Shown here: positions 27,776-38,547 of the stretch, one piece after another
Numbering within the stretch: position 1 is the stretch's first letter
How the letters are laid out: every line of letters begins with the position of its first letter
DNA from: Andalucia godoyi And28
Taxonomy: Eukaryota; Protista; Jakobida
DNA length: 64,000 bases
Direction: 5' to 3'
Assembly: GCA_009859145.1 (NCBI GenBank)
Contig: VRVR01000042.1
Location: forward strand, 197,332-261,331
The notes under the pieces: model-generated
Database searches by the model: none
Told to the model about the DNA's origin: nothing
The model's input: only the letters and a program-made list of their open reading frames with translations
Translations under genes and position numbers: made by a program

Positions 27776-28312
27776 ATGCTGTCTATTTCTCGTACCGTTC
27801 GTTCTCTCATGTCTCGCTCTTTTGCGGTTCGCAGATTTGGTTCTGCCGCTCCAGTGTCCTCTGATGCAGCCGGTATGCTATCCTCTCTTTATCTTTCTCC
27901 AGTCTTTTTTTTCTTCCGTTCGCAGGGCGCTTATGTCTGGTTGCGGCTCTCGCTGCTCTATTGGCTGATTGCACTAATGCGTTTGATTTGACTTTCTGTA
28001 CTTGTTTACCCGCGTTTCATTCTCAAACACACAGCGCAACCAACTCAGGCATCTGCAACCGGACCGGAGGCCGAACAGCAGCACCACTCTTTCGACAGTG
28101 GTGTTATTGTCGGACCGTTCGGCACAAAGACAAATCCCGTTGTGGTCAAGACTGTTTTCTCAGAGCGTGTTGTGGGATGCCCGGGTGAATGCAAGGAGGG
28201 CGTTAACGAAGGCCTGCGATGGTGGGTTATGCAAGTTGGATCCGACTACGAGTGTCCCGAGTGCGGACAGTGGTTCAAGCTTGTCAAGGATGCCTCGACT
28301 GGACACCATTAA
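27776..28312 (+). CDS. COX5B: Cytochrome c oxidase subunit 5B (yeast Cox4 family), two exons (27776-27872, 28035-28312); not in the ORF track
   Basis: Exon 1 is an Arg/Ser-rich presequence (MLSISRTVRSLMSRSFAVRRF). Donor GTATGC at 27873, phase-compatible acceptor CACAG at 28034. Exon 2 reads ATGPEAE..GPFGTKTNPVVVKTVFSERVVGCPGEC..WWVMQVGSDYECPECGQWFKL, TAA at 28310-28312. The acceptor choice is inferred. Confidence 0.9.
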
Positions 28313-28324
28313 GCATGCGCGCGT

Positions 28325-28455
<131 letters not shown>

Positions 28456-29246
28456 GAGGAAGATGGATAGAGGGAAGAAGAAGCAGGAGCAGAGAGCAGA
28501 AGAAGCAAGGAGATGTGTATGACGGGATTTGGGAAAATGAATAATGGAGAAGCACGTGTTGTTTGGGAAATGCTGTTGCATGGTGCTTGCGAAATAATTT
28601 CCAAGACTGTGTGAATGCAAAAGTTTTATTGACTGGATCCTTCCGCTTCCTGTGCACGTCTTCTCGTTTCTCTTTTTCTTCTTCTTTTCTCAAATAATTT
28701 CCTTTTTTTTTTCTTTCTTTGTTGCTCAGCTTGCCTCAAATTCGAATCAGCCAAGCGCTCGGCTTCGAAAACCAACGACGACCACCGCCACAACAACCTG
28801 TTTTTTTCTCTTCTCGCCCACCTGTCCTTTCCTAGCTTTTCTGTTCTTGTTTTACACTCATAAACCATATATACATGTTGATATTGTTATTATACACGGA
28901 ACATCACAAGGTAGGAGATTTCGGAAGAACAAAACAAAACAAAACAAAACAAAACAAAACAAAAAACTGGAAATATGCAGTGCGATTCACCCGGCTGTAA
29001 ATTGGTCCAACCGTTTTGATCGGGAATGCAGCTCTCTCTGATCGTTTCTTTTTCTGATTTCTCTTCGAAAAAATGGAATGCAAAACAAAAGACAAGTAAA
29101 TACAAGAGAAACACCAAAAAACAGAAAAGAAAAGAAAAAGAAACTGTCTCCGAAAGGTTTTCTTTTTTGGGTTTTATTCATTGATTTGTAGTTTATTGAT
29201 TTCTGTTTTGCATATTACAACCCAGCGATACTTTGTACTGGATTTA

Positions 29247-31943
29247 ATGGCAGTGACAACAGCGGTCCCGTTTTCAAAGCGGAACCGCGATCCGTTGATC
29301 CTAGCGTACGTGGACACGTTTCGAACTCAGTATACCCAGCTGTTCCCGTCTCGTTCGCCGCTTTTCCTGACAGCCGAAAACAGCGATGGCGATGAGAAGT
29401 TTGTGTGTCTTTCTGTTCGTCCTACTGAGCTTCCATACATTGAACTGTACGATCTTCCCAACATTGTTCGCTTCATTTCGGGGTATGTGGTGTACGAGCC
29501 GATGGACCCTCCCACGGTGTTGCCAGAGGTTCTTGTAGGCCCGGCCGCCACAATGACGCGGCAGTCTGGGAACTGCTTTGAGTTGTCCGTGCTCATGACA
29601 TCGCTTCTTATCGGAGCAGGATACGACGCCTATGTCGTTTATGGATATGCATCGCGTGCAACTTGCAACAATGATCTTTCGGGAACAGTATGCGATGTTG
29701 ATGTGTCGTGCGAGCTTGACTCCGTGAAGAAGGAGGACGACAAGGCAGCCCCAAAGACAAGGTACAAGCTTCGAAGGCGAGATCCGCTTGTCTCCAGGTA
29801 TGAAAAGAATCAAGAAGAAAAGCTCGCCAATGAAATGCGGAACCAAAAACTCGCTGCGACGAGTGACGGGGACGGTGCAGAAGAGGCTGCAAAGGCTCTG
29901 GAGCGAGTTCCGAAGCATGCGGATGAAGGAGGAGACGGCGCGGACGATTTTCGAGACGAGCTCTATGGCAAGCGTGTGCATGCATGGGTGCTGGTTTTGG
30001 CTGGAAAGAGAGATATGCAAAAACATATTTTCATCGAGCCCTCTACCGGGAAAATGTTGAACGTGGAGTCTGACGAAGCCTGCTTCCGCTATTTTGGAAT
30101 TGAGGCGCTGTTCAATCACCAGAATTACTGGGTCAATATGCAGTCGCTTCCAAAAGGCATTTACGGCATGAACTTCGATTTGACGGATCTGAAGAATTGG
30201 GAGTATGTGGTGATTGATGAAATGGCATTTGGAATGCCCCCTGAGCATGCCCTCAATGCAACCTCTGGAGCTGGAGGAAAAGACGGGGTGTTGCTCGATA
30301 TTTCTGCGTCTCCTATCCGCGGAAACAACTCAAAGGTCTCGTTCGACGTCTCCGAGTCATTGACACCCAGTGCGCTTGTTGCAGGCTCGAGTATTAACAG
30401 AGAAGGAGTCTCGGATGCGGCACGGATGCTTTCAACTTCGCGAGGGGATCTAGCGGATTTGACCGTGGAAGCAGGTGAGCTCGGCGATCAAATCTTGGAT
30501 TTACCACGATCCTGGGTCCGCAGTCTGGAGTTGTCAAAGTACGCGTTTGAATCTCGATATCCGGATGGAAGGAAGTTTTTGGAATTCCAAGATGCTTCTG
30601 TCGAAATGTACGCGCCGTATGTGCATCCCGAAGGGATTGTTCTGCGTGTGACGTATCATGATCGTGCGCGAGGCGTCATATCCTTGTTTTCGAATCGCAA
30701 GGACAAATTGAGGAAGCGCGTCGTCTTCGATGACGTTAAAGCAGGGCGCACAAGCGTGGAGCTGTTTCTCCCAGGAAAAAGAGGTGAGAACCAATATGAA
30801 GCACTCTCTCGTCTTGTGCAAATTCAAGGCCGAAGTCGTGAATTGCAGTTTTATGCGTCCGCTCGAACGGATGGTCTCGAATCTCGCATGGAGTATTTTG
30901 ATCCGACGTATCCCTCTGTTTCGGGGTATTTGAAAACGGTTGAAACGTTCGTTGGACGGGGCGATCATCTTGTTCGTCGAAAGGTGGTTTATTCTGCCAC
31001 GGGAGTTCAAACATCGGGTGCGCCCACTGCAGTGCCGGTGCTGTCCGTTGGTAGCTCAGGAGATCTCAACCACACGGCGAATTTGATGAGCTCTAGTCTT
31101 TTTAATGTTCCTGTGAACATTATCAAGCCGATTCTGAAGATCAGCGAGCAGTTTGCAGAAACAAATCCGGAAAGGATTGCAAAGAGAGTTTTTGACCGGC
31201 TTGCGCGATCTGTCCGCGTAATATACCACTATGCTCCGGACGCTATCACGCAGACCACGTACACATTTGCCCAAGTCGGCAAAGATAAACTGGACATTGA
31301 CATGTCCGTGAAGGATCCTTTCGCACGCCAGCCAGACGATCAGCAGTTGATGGATATGTATCAAAATCTTTTGATATCGGAGCGTGTGTCGGAACAGTCT
31401 GTACGCGAGTCAGAGAAGGAAGCGGGAGAAATTTTTGTGCAGCGAGATCGAGACGAGTCGAATGTCTTGTTTGAGACTTCAGTGTACGACACACTTCGGA
31501 ACAAGCCGTCTCAAGAAGAGATTGCGGCGCTTCGTGCTGCTCAAGAGGAAGAAGCGCGCAAGCGGTCGATGCGCGACTATCTGACTCCATTTCTTCCTCG
31601 ACCAGAGGGAGTCTTCACACGAGAAGAAGCGATTGCCACCAAAGAAGCAGCTCTCAAGGCCCTCAAAGAGCGTCTTATTGACCGCGCAACTATTATTCAG
31701 TCAAGATTGGACGAAGAAAAAGCCAATCATGCGCGACGAAAGCAAGCGTTTGTTCGAAACGAAGGGCACATGGACAAGGCCGAGGAGGAAGAGTTCCTCG
31801 CATACTGCGAAGACGCCATGTTTCGCATCCATATTTTGGAGCAGCGTTTGGCTCGTCACGAAGAGCTGGCAGTCGCCAAGTATGCCGAACTGGAAAACAA
31901 ACTCCGTGTCGACAACCGCTTGGCAACTTTTCTTAATGCCTAG
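29247..31943 (+). CDS. DRC7: Dynein regulatory complex subunit 7 (CCDC135), transglutaminase-like N-terminal domain (898 aa)
   Basis: LFLTAEN..EKFVCLSVRPTELPYIELYD, GNCFELSVLMTSLLIGAGYDAYVVYGYA, RVHAWVLV..FIEPSTG, YFGIEALFNHQNYWVNMQ, and C-terminal RLIDRATIIQSRLDEEK..F..YC..AMFRIHILEQRL. Confidence 0.93.
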   Translation: MAVTTAVPFSKRNRDPLILAYVDTFRTQYTQLFPSRSPLFLTAENSDGDEKFVCLSVRPTELPYIELYDLPNIVRFISGYVVYEPMDPPTVLPEVLVGPAATMTRQSGNCFELSVLMTSLLIGAGYDAYVVYGYASRATCNNDLSGTVCDVDVSCELDSVKKEDDKAAPKTRYKLRRRDPLVSRYEKNQEEKLANEMRNQKLAATSDGDGAEEAAKALERVPKHADEGGDGADDFRDELYGKRVHAWVLVLAGKRDMQKHIFIEPSTGKMLNVESDEACFRYFGIEALFNHQNYWVNMQSLPKGIYGMNFDLTDLKNWEYVVIDEMAFGMPPEHALNATSGAGGKDGVLLDISASPIRGNNSKVSFDVSESLTPSALVAGSSINREGVSDAARMLSTSRGDLADLTVEAGELGDQILDLPRSWVRSLELSKYAFESRYPDGRKFLEFQDASVEMYAPYVHPEGIVLRVTYHDRARGVISLFSNRKDKLRKRVVFDDVKAGRTSVELFLPGKRGENQYEALSRLVQIQGRSRELQFYASARTDGLESRMEYFDPTYPSVSGYLKTVETFVGRGDHLVRRKVVYSATGVQTSGAPTAVPVLSVGSSGDLNHTANLMSSSLFNVPVNIIKPILKISEQFAETNPERIAKRVFDRLARSVRVIYHYAPDAITQTTYTFAQVGKDKLDIDMSVKDPFARQPDDQQLMDMYQNLLISERVSEQSVRESEKEAGEIFVQRDRDESNVLFETSVYDTLRNKPSQEEIAALRAAQEEEARKRSMRDYLTPFLPRPEGVFTREEAIATKEAALKALKERLIDRATIIQSRLDEEKANHARRKQAFVRNEGHMDKAEEEEFLAYCEDAMFRIHILEQRLARHEELAVAKYAELENKLRVDNRLATFLNA

Positions 31944-32223
31944 CATTTTCCTTCTCCTTCTCCTTCTCCTTCTCCTTCTCCTCCTTCTCCTTCCCATTGC
32001 CTTCCGTCGAAGCGCGGGAAAAACGCAAACGTTTTCGAGAAATCTTCTGTAAAAATTCAATAAAACTAAACACAAACAAAAAAAGTTTGCACCCATTTTT
32101 CTTTCAGACTTGCATTTCTTTCCCCATTCTCGTTTGCTTTGCCTTTTGTTGTTTTCGAGCTTATTTCGTTTCTTTGCATTTGCATTTGCATTTGTGCACG
32201 GGTCTTTTTTGTTCTTGTTTTGA

Positions 32224-35200
32224 ATGCCTCTCTCGTATCTTCCGCTCTTTGGGGCACTTTGTGACGAAGAGACTTCCGTGTCGCTAATTCTGAAGCAAAG
32301 TGAGTTTTCAGCGCTCAACACGAGCACGCTGCATGTTCTGCCTCCCTTTCAAAATGGTGACTTGTTCAAGTCGTTTCCCAATCCTCGGTTTCCTCTCAGC
32401 GATGATGGATCCGCAAAAACGTTCCTTTCCGAGATTTTAGGGGTTTGCGCGGATCGCGGATGTTCGCTTTCCGTGGAAGATGTTCACTCAACGATCCAAG
32501 TGAATGGTGGCTCCACGAAAAACCTGTATCCGCTCGTTGCACATGGAGACCGACAGGCTATTGCACTGTTTTTGCACTCGGTCTTCAGAGAAAGAGTGTT
32601 TTATCTGAAATCAATACTGGCGCTTCTTGAAAGAGACGTTCATTTTGCGGCGCGTCCGTCTCTCCCTGCGGCAGTTGTGCAGTCTCTGCTGTGTCTGTTG
32701 CGGTTTTCGAATGTGTCTTCAGGCCCGCTGTTCGTGATTGAACTATGGAGAAAGGAATTGAACACAGAGTATGTATTGCTGCTCAAGGTATTGTTGATGA
32801 TTGCGGGGCGGTCGGAATCACTGAATAAGATGTTAGCAGATGATCTGCTCCAGTCGCTGGACGATGCCATCGACGCGTTCTCCTTCTTTCGAGAAAGATT
32901 TTCTGTTGTGGTGTCGGACGTCGAATTGGTTGTCGAGCAGGGGTTCTTGCTGCTGTTCGGTTCCGTTTTCCGCTTGAAAAGTGCGTTTCGAAGAATCCCC
33001 GGATTGGCTGTCTTGTGTTCAAACCCTGCAGAAGAAGCTACAGAACAGCTGAGTTCGCTGGTGAGTGCAATCTGTGACCAAGTTTCGCATGCCGAGAGTT
33101 TGGAGTCCCAAACAAAGTTTTCTGTGTTGATGGGGTGCCTTCATTGCTGCTCTGCAGTGCTGACGTGGTTCAACAAACACTCCATTGTCAGCTCAAACGG
33201 TTCGTTTCTACCACAGCTGCTGCACGTTGCGGGAGAATGTCTTCGTTCCATGTACCTGACAGGCGATGTTGCATTTGGTTATCACCAAATGCTGATTCGT
33301 AGAAATGTGTATTTTCCGCTCTTCGATGTTCAGGATGTTGAAAGAAGGTCTTTTTTGGATTTCCGATTTCCATGGTCGTTCCCTTGTGCCGTCGACATTC
33401 CAACCCTGGAATCATTTGTGCATGCATTCAAGTTTTCCTGGCCTCTACAAGCGCGTGATTTTTTTTCTTTTCTTGCCCTGTCCGCGGCAAGACTGCCGGA
33501 CGATGCGTCAAATTTCATGGCGCTGTTTGACATGAGATCCATTATGATCGCTCAAAATGGATCCGAAACTGTTTTCCCAGACCTGTACCAGTTGTTTTCA
33601 AATGTTGCGGATTCGTCGAGCGCAGACTCCTTCAACGCCGAGGATTTCTCAACCTTGCCAGAAACATGTGGATTCTCATCCGGCTGCCAGCTGCATCGAC
33701 TAACATTCGCTCACAGTGCATTGGAATGGGTAATCAAAATCATTGATTCGTGTGGCCCTGGTGGGGTGCCGTTAGACACGAATGTGTGGGAAGACATAGT
33801 CGATGCATTCTTGCTGTTTTGTCTGAGTCTCTTGCGTGCGCAGAAGAAGGCATGTTTTTCAAAACTGCGCGATGTGGTGTACCAAACAGTCGGTGTGCAG
33901 TTCGAGCCATTTTTGGTACACTTGCTGCCAGGGATCCGGCGACCGAGGACGGTTTCTGTCATGTTGTACACCCTGAATCTTTTAGATGTTTGTTCTGTTT
34001 TTGCAGATGTGCTCAAAACACTGGCGACGTCCAATGATGTTCCGAGTTTGTTGAATTTCCAACAAGGGATCACCTCTTTGCTGCTATTTCTGCGCACAGT
34101 CAACGTGTCGAACAGCCATGAAGGCAGTTTCGACAGTGTTTCCAATTTCCTGGGTCTGGTCGTTCGCAGTGTCGTCCCATCCGAGCTTGGCGTTCGCCCA
34201 CTGTTGCTCATGTGTGATCTGATGTTCAATATCTTGCCGGCGAATGCGGCGCCGTTCGCACAAGAACTTGCACGTCAATTATTTACGACATTCTCGTTCG
34301 CAGCCATTGATTCTGAGGTACGGACGGACTCCGTCGCAGCTCTCGGGCCCAGCTTAACGTGGTGCTCTTCTTTGTTGCAGAATGATATCGCATTCCACCA
34401 AATGGCGATTGTATTCTCTGTTTCCTCGTTGAACGCACTGTTTCTTGCGAGGGGGATCGTGTCTGTCATTGTGAGCAATGCTCTCAGTTTTGTCCCTGAT
34501 ATGCCTGATACGCGTGCTTTGGTTCCACACAACTTGCACGCTCCTGTTTGTGCTGCTATTTCGTTTGCACTCATGTATCCAGACGTTGTCGATTCTCGTC
34601 TGATGTTCCTGCTTGTGTCGCGACTGTGTCTGTACAGCCAGCCGTTTCTCGAGCATGTCAGGAATCATGAGTTAAAAGGGAAATTGTTGGCCGTGATTTC
34701 ACCAGTTTCTTCTGAATTAGTGGAAAAGAACCGCTTTTGTTTGCTCAACACCGGCGTGACTTTCGGTGATCCAAGAACGATAGTTAAGGAAATCGTATTG
34801 TCAGAGACAAGTCAGCGACAGTTCTGTCTAGCAGGTCTCGAGGTCGATTCTCCCCATCGTTTTATTTGCTTTGTTGTAACTCTTGCAGAAGTCCTCCGGC
34901 GGGTCAATCGCAGTTCTTGCCCTCCGCACGTTGCGACGGTCGTCGGTGAATTCTCTCACAAGTTTTTAAAGCGTTCGTCGTCGATTTGCAAAAGTATTTT
35001 GCGTTCACTGTCTGTGACAACGTCGACGTTTTTTGCAGACCGGGAGAAGCTCTTCATGGATTTTGCAAAGGCGCTGTGTTTCTTGCACACGTTTTCTCTC
35101 CGGACCCACTCTTTGGAAGTCAGCAGGAGCTGTTTTGTCGACCTTCTTTTGGTGATCACTGATTTTCCAGTGGCGCATTCCGTTGTGTGCCCTCTTATTG

Positions 35201-36540
35201 CGGAAGCTTTCCTTCATATGATTGCCATCTCGTGTGGACAGCCTGCGTCCGATCTCGAAACTCTGCAGAGATTTTTATCCGACCAGATATTGCAGTATGT
35301 CTGCCAGACGGCGTCTGGCGATCTGAAAACTTCGTATCTTCGAACGTTGACAATGTGGCTTTCCGTGACGGATGCTTCGACGGCATTAGTGGGTTCGCGC
35401 GTGTGTGATGTTCTCTCGTCCTGTCCCTTGATCGTCGATCTCGCTGTCTCTCAGTCCTCTGTGTCCCCTTCCGACTCTTTCTTCGTCTTGTCGTTTATCT
35501 CGCCGTCGGTGTTTGCTTCTCGCTGGATCGCTGCTGTTGAAATGATCAAGTTTGAGCTGATTGGCAACGGTGCCCACTTCTTGGAGGCCTCGTCGTTTTT
35601 GATTTCGTACTTTTTACGATTTGGTGTGCAAGTCTTGTCCTTCATTAACATTCCCGAGTTGATTGATTGTCTCGTGTTGAACAAGCAGTTGTCGTCGAGT
35701 ACGATGTTGGATGTTTCGTGGTTCATGTGTCTTTCCATTGTGGATGTTCTGCTGCATATGGAGAACGCAACAGGCCAAGTTTCACAGGCGTATCCAAAAG
35801 TTGCCGCAGCGCTGCATTGTTTTGCTTCCGTGCATTTGCAGCAGCTTGTGCATGGCATTCGACTGTTTAGCGTTGATCCGTCGTTTGGCTCAGCCATGTT
35901 CTTTGCGTTTTCCTCAAAGGTAGTTTTCCACTTGGTCCAGTCGGATATGATTTCAAATCTGCTGGACCAGCGCGTGTCCTTGTCTGTCAAGTCTTCCGTA
36001 GCATCCACTTCGCTGCGCGAATGTCTGTTCGTGTCTCTTTGTGATATTTTGAGAGCAGTTCGGGAGTCTCGAAAGTTCTTTTTGAAGTTTGTTCCACGGA
36101 ATTTCGCGAGTTCCATGAAGGATTCGTTTACGTCTAATCTTGTGTTTGAAGGTTTTGAGGATGTCTGTCGCAACGATTTGTTCATGAAAAGTTACAAAGC
36201 AGTGGACTGGAAAAGCGTGCGGTCGAATTCGGAGGTTGCATCGCTGCTGCGCAAGCTCCCAAATCCATACAGCGGTATGCCACAACATCAGTCCGGAGGA
36301 TCCGTTGACTCTGTGGTCGCAATGATGCTGATTGGCGGCTTCTATTTGACCCGGTCCGCGGTGTTCTCATGCGAAAGAGGAGGAAGCATGGTGTCTGTTT
36401 TGGAAGACGAATGCCGAAACTTCCTGACTTCCTTTCCCAACGTTCGCCAGTTCGAATTCAACGACATCTCGCTCCGCTCTCTCGTTCCGTCTGTCTCGGA
36501 TCATCTCTTGTTTTTGCTGCTCAGGGCGGCGCATCAATGA
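32224..36540 (+). CDS. Large alpha-helical solenoid-like protein (1,438 aa); weak resemblance to Nup188/Nup205-type nucleoporins
   Basis: Long uninterrupted Leu/Phe/Ser/Val-rich ORF with an ERxFYLKSILALL segment near the N-terminus; the family call is tentative. Confidence 0.75.
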   Translation: MPLSYLPLFGALCDEETSVSLILKQSEFSALNTSTLHVLPPFQNGDLFKSFPNPRFPLSDDGSAKTFLSEILGVCADRGCSLSVEDVHSTIQVNGGSTKNLYPLVAHGDRQAIALFLHSVFRERVFYLKSILALLERDVHFAARPSLPAAVVQSLLCLLRFSNVSSGPLFVIELWRKELNTEYVLLLKVLLMIAGRSESLNKMLADDLLQSLDDAIDAFSFFRERFSVVVSDVELVVEQGFLLLFGSVFRLKSAFRRIPGLAVLCSNPAEEATEQLSSLVSAICDQVSHAESLESQTKFSVLMGCLHCCSAVLTWFNKHSIVSSNGSFLPQLLHVAGECLRSMYLTGDVAFGYHQMLIRRNVYFPLFDVQDVERRSFLDFRFPWSFPCAVDIPTLESFVHAFKFSWPLQARDFFSFLALSAARLPDDASNFMALFDMRSIMIAQNGSETVFPDLYQLFSNVADSSSADSFNAEDFSTLPETCGFSSGCQLHRLTFAHSALEWVIKIIDSCGPGGVPLDTNVWEDIVDAFLLFCLSLLRAQKKACFSKLRDVVYQTVGVQFEPFLVHLLPGIRRPRTVSVMLYTLNLLDVCSVFADVLKTLATSNDVPSLLNFQQGITSLLLFLRTVNVSNSHEGSFDSVSNFLGLVVRSVVPSELGVRPLLLMCDLMFNILPANAAPFAQELARQLFTTFSFAAIDSEVRTDSVAALGPSLTWCSSLLQNDIAFHQMAIVFSVSSLNALFLARGIVSVIVSNALSFVPDMPDTRALVPHNLHAPVCAAISFALMYPDVVDSRLMFLLVSRLCLYSQPFLEHVRNHELKGKLLAVISPVSSELVEKNRFCLLNTGVTFGDPRTIVKEIVLSETSQRQFCLAGLEVDSPHRFICFVVTLAEVLRRVNRSSCPPHVATVVGEFSHKFLKRSSSICKSILRSLSVTTSTFFADREKLFMDFAKALCFLHTFSLRTHSLEVSRSCFVDLLLVITDFPVAHSVVCPLIAEAFLHMIAISCGQPASDLETLQRFLSDQILQYVCQTASGDLKTSYLRTLTMWLSVTDASTALVGSRVCDVLSSCPLIVDLAVSQSSVSPSDSFFVLSFISPSVFASRWIAAVEMIKFELIGNGAHFLEASSFLISYFLRFGVQVLSFINIPELIDCLVLNKQLSSSTMLDVSWFMCLSIVDVLLHMENATGQVSQAYPKVAAALHCFASVHLQQLVHGIRLFSVDPSFGSAMFFAFSSKVVFHLVQSDMISNLLDQRVSLSVKSSVASTSLRECLFVSLCDILRAVRESRKFFLKFVPRNFASSMKDSFTSNLVFEGFEDVCRNDLFMKSYKAVDWKSVRSNSEVASLLRKLPNPYSGMPQHQSGGSVDSVVAMMLIGGFYLTRSAVFSCERGGSMVSVLEDECRNFLTSFPNVRQFEFNDISLRSLVPSVSDHLLFLLLRAAHQ

Positions 36541-36768
36541 CATTAAATGTGTTTATAAGGGTGCTTCCTTAAAAAATTGAGCTCGGAGATTCCGAAGACT
36601 TCTTCCATCTCCGTTTTCCCGTTTTTCAGTCTTCTTCTTTTCTTTCTGCTACCCGTTTTGTATGATTATTATTTTGGTTTCCCTTTTAGAATTTCCTTTC
36701 TCAATTTCATCTCCTGCACCCGTTTCCTACTTCTGCTTCTGTTCCCCTCTGCTGGTGCTTCTTCCGAC

Positions 36769-37186
36769 CGTTGAATAATGACACGCCATTGTCATGCACA
36801 CGGAAGGAAGTATACATAAGCAGACACGGTCAATACTGGCCGACACCAGCACGTTTGTTTCACAGGAATTCGTGCTTACGCACGCTCGGCCTTTAATGCA
36901 ACATCCGTAGCCATCTATTCTATCAATCGTTGGTTTGGTTTTTTGGGTCCACTTTTTGCAACGTTTATGCCATAAGGCGACCGAGTATCGCGAGCGGCGG
37001 AAGAAAAGTGTTTGCATGTCCCGCATGTAGCTCACCGATTGATCGAGATTGGGAACGGAGCGCGGAACATTTATCTGAAGAGCGCCGAGAGGCGTGTTGG
37101 GGCCTATTCCCTTCCAGGCAACGGGATGCAAGATTGAATATGCATGTCTATTCGTTGGTATACATGTTCAGTGTATACTGTAGGCG
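36769..37186 (+). mobile_element. Non-autonomous Fanzor2/IS607-TnpB-type element, copy B (internally deleted)
   Basis: Remnants WVHFLQRLCHKA and GGRKVFACPACSSPIDRD(+1)NGARNIYLK. Shares both ends with copy A: left CG-TTGAATAATGACACGCCATTGTCATGCA, right CAGTGTATACTGTAGGCG. Confidence 0.88.
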
Positions 37187-37206
37187 TCGATTGAAATGGG
37201 ACGCGC
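37040..37206 (+). ncRNA. Candidate omega-RNA scaffold (about 37040-37186) plus flanking guide (about 37187-37206)
   Basis: Overlaps the TnpB C-terminus and ends at the element boundary, where omega-RNAs lie. Hairpins (T)CCC..GGGAT and TGAATATGCAT..ATACATGTTCA (37135-37170) are also present in copy A. Transcription not shown. Confidence 0.5.
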
Positions 37207-37413
37207 CATAAAAGGGAAAAAATCGTCTCGCTTGAGTGCTGCGTGCCTTTTGTCCTTTTGCGAGCCAAATAGAAGACCAATAACAACAGCAAAAACGTGA
37301 ACATGTTCGTGTCTCCAAACAGTCGAGAATTGTGATTTCTTTTCATTTTGATATTTTTATATTTTGATTTGAGTGTTTTCATTATCGTCCTCGTTTCTGG
37401 GTATCTTGAAAGA

Positions 37414-38493
37414 ATGCGGCTGTTGTCGCACATCAGTGGCATGGGTATGGAGACTCTGTCCGTTTTGAAAACTCGAGGATACCGTTCTGCATACGATGTT
37501 TTGTCCAGGCCCGAGTACGAGGTTGCGGAGGACCTTGGAATATCCATCTTGGAGTGCCGCGAGCTGGTCTCGAAGCTTGCCGAGAAATGCGCTCCGCTGG
37601 TACTGGCTGCTGCCAAACTTCCTTCACTATCGAATCGGAAAGCCGGGATTCAATTTCTGGATCGGGCGTTCAAAGTATGATTTCTGGTATTCGCAGTTCT
37701 GTATCGTTTCCCCACTCAAAACCAACGCTGATGCTGATTCCGATACTGATGATCATGGTGTCCATTTCTCCTTCTCCTTCTCTTCTCTTCCGGCGGATAG
37801 GGCGGAATTCCTGTGGGCATTCTGACTGAAATCTGTGCACCCCATGGCTGCGGAAAGACGCAACTATGCCTAACGCTGATTGCCAACACCATTCTTGACT
37901 GCATTTCCGAGGCTGCGTTCAACGACCACGTTCGCGTTCTGTACATCGACAGCGATCGAGCGTTTGATCCTTTGAGGTTTCTGGAGATTTTCTCAATCAT
38001 TGCAGGCAGGCGAAGCATCGATGTCGACAACCGCTTGAAGAAGCGGGTTCTTGACTCTGTAGTGGTGTACAATATCTATGCGATTCATCAGCTGGATACG
38101 CTGCTTGGTGATTTGTGGAAAAGTGAGTTTGTCCAGCTGGATGTATCCTTGTTGGTTGTCGATTCCATAGCGGAAATGGTCAGAAGATCCGAGCTGACTC
38201 CCGTCGTTCAGTCTGAAGTGCTGAACAGAATAGCGGCTCAACTGAAGAGGATTGCTTCCACTTTTGATTTGCCTGTGATTGCTACGAATCACGTCGCTGC
38301 AGATGATCGTGCGAGCCTTGGAATTGCATGGCATCACGCAATCAACTTGAGGATTCGTCTTGCACGAGCAGGGGGAGGCCAGCCGGCTGTCGACGGGTTC
38401 GCGGGACAACCGCTGCTTATCACTGTTGACAAGAGCTCAGTTTGCCCGGCAACGACAGGACACTCTAGAATCTGTGACGCCGGTGTCGAATAG
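37414..38493 (+). CDS. RAD51B: RAD51 paralog, RAD51B-like, two exons (37414-37674, 37801-38493)
   Basis: N-terminal HhH-like domain ending CAP. Phase-0 intron 37675-37800 (GTATGA..ATAG) gives LDRAFK/GGIPVGILTEICAPHGCGKTQLC; also VLYIDSDRAF, Walker B LLVVDSIA, VIATNHV and SLGIAWHHAINLRI. Confidence 0.85.
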
Positions 38494-38547
38494 TCTGTTT
38501 GCATGGAACGCGAATCGGTATGTGGTTGCTTCAATTTTACAGATAAT

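Noticed and set aside
29301-30248. 315-aa minus-strand ORF
   Set aside because: Antisense shadow of DRC7.
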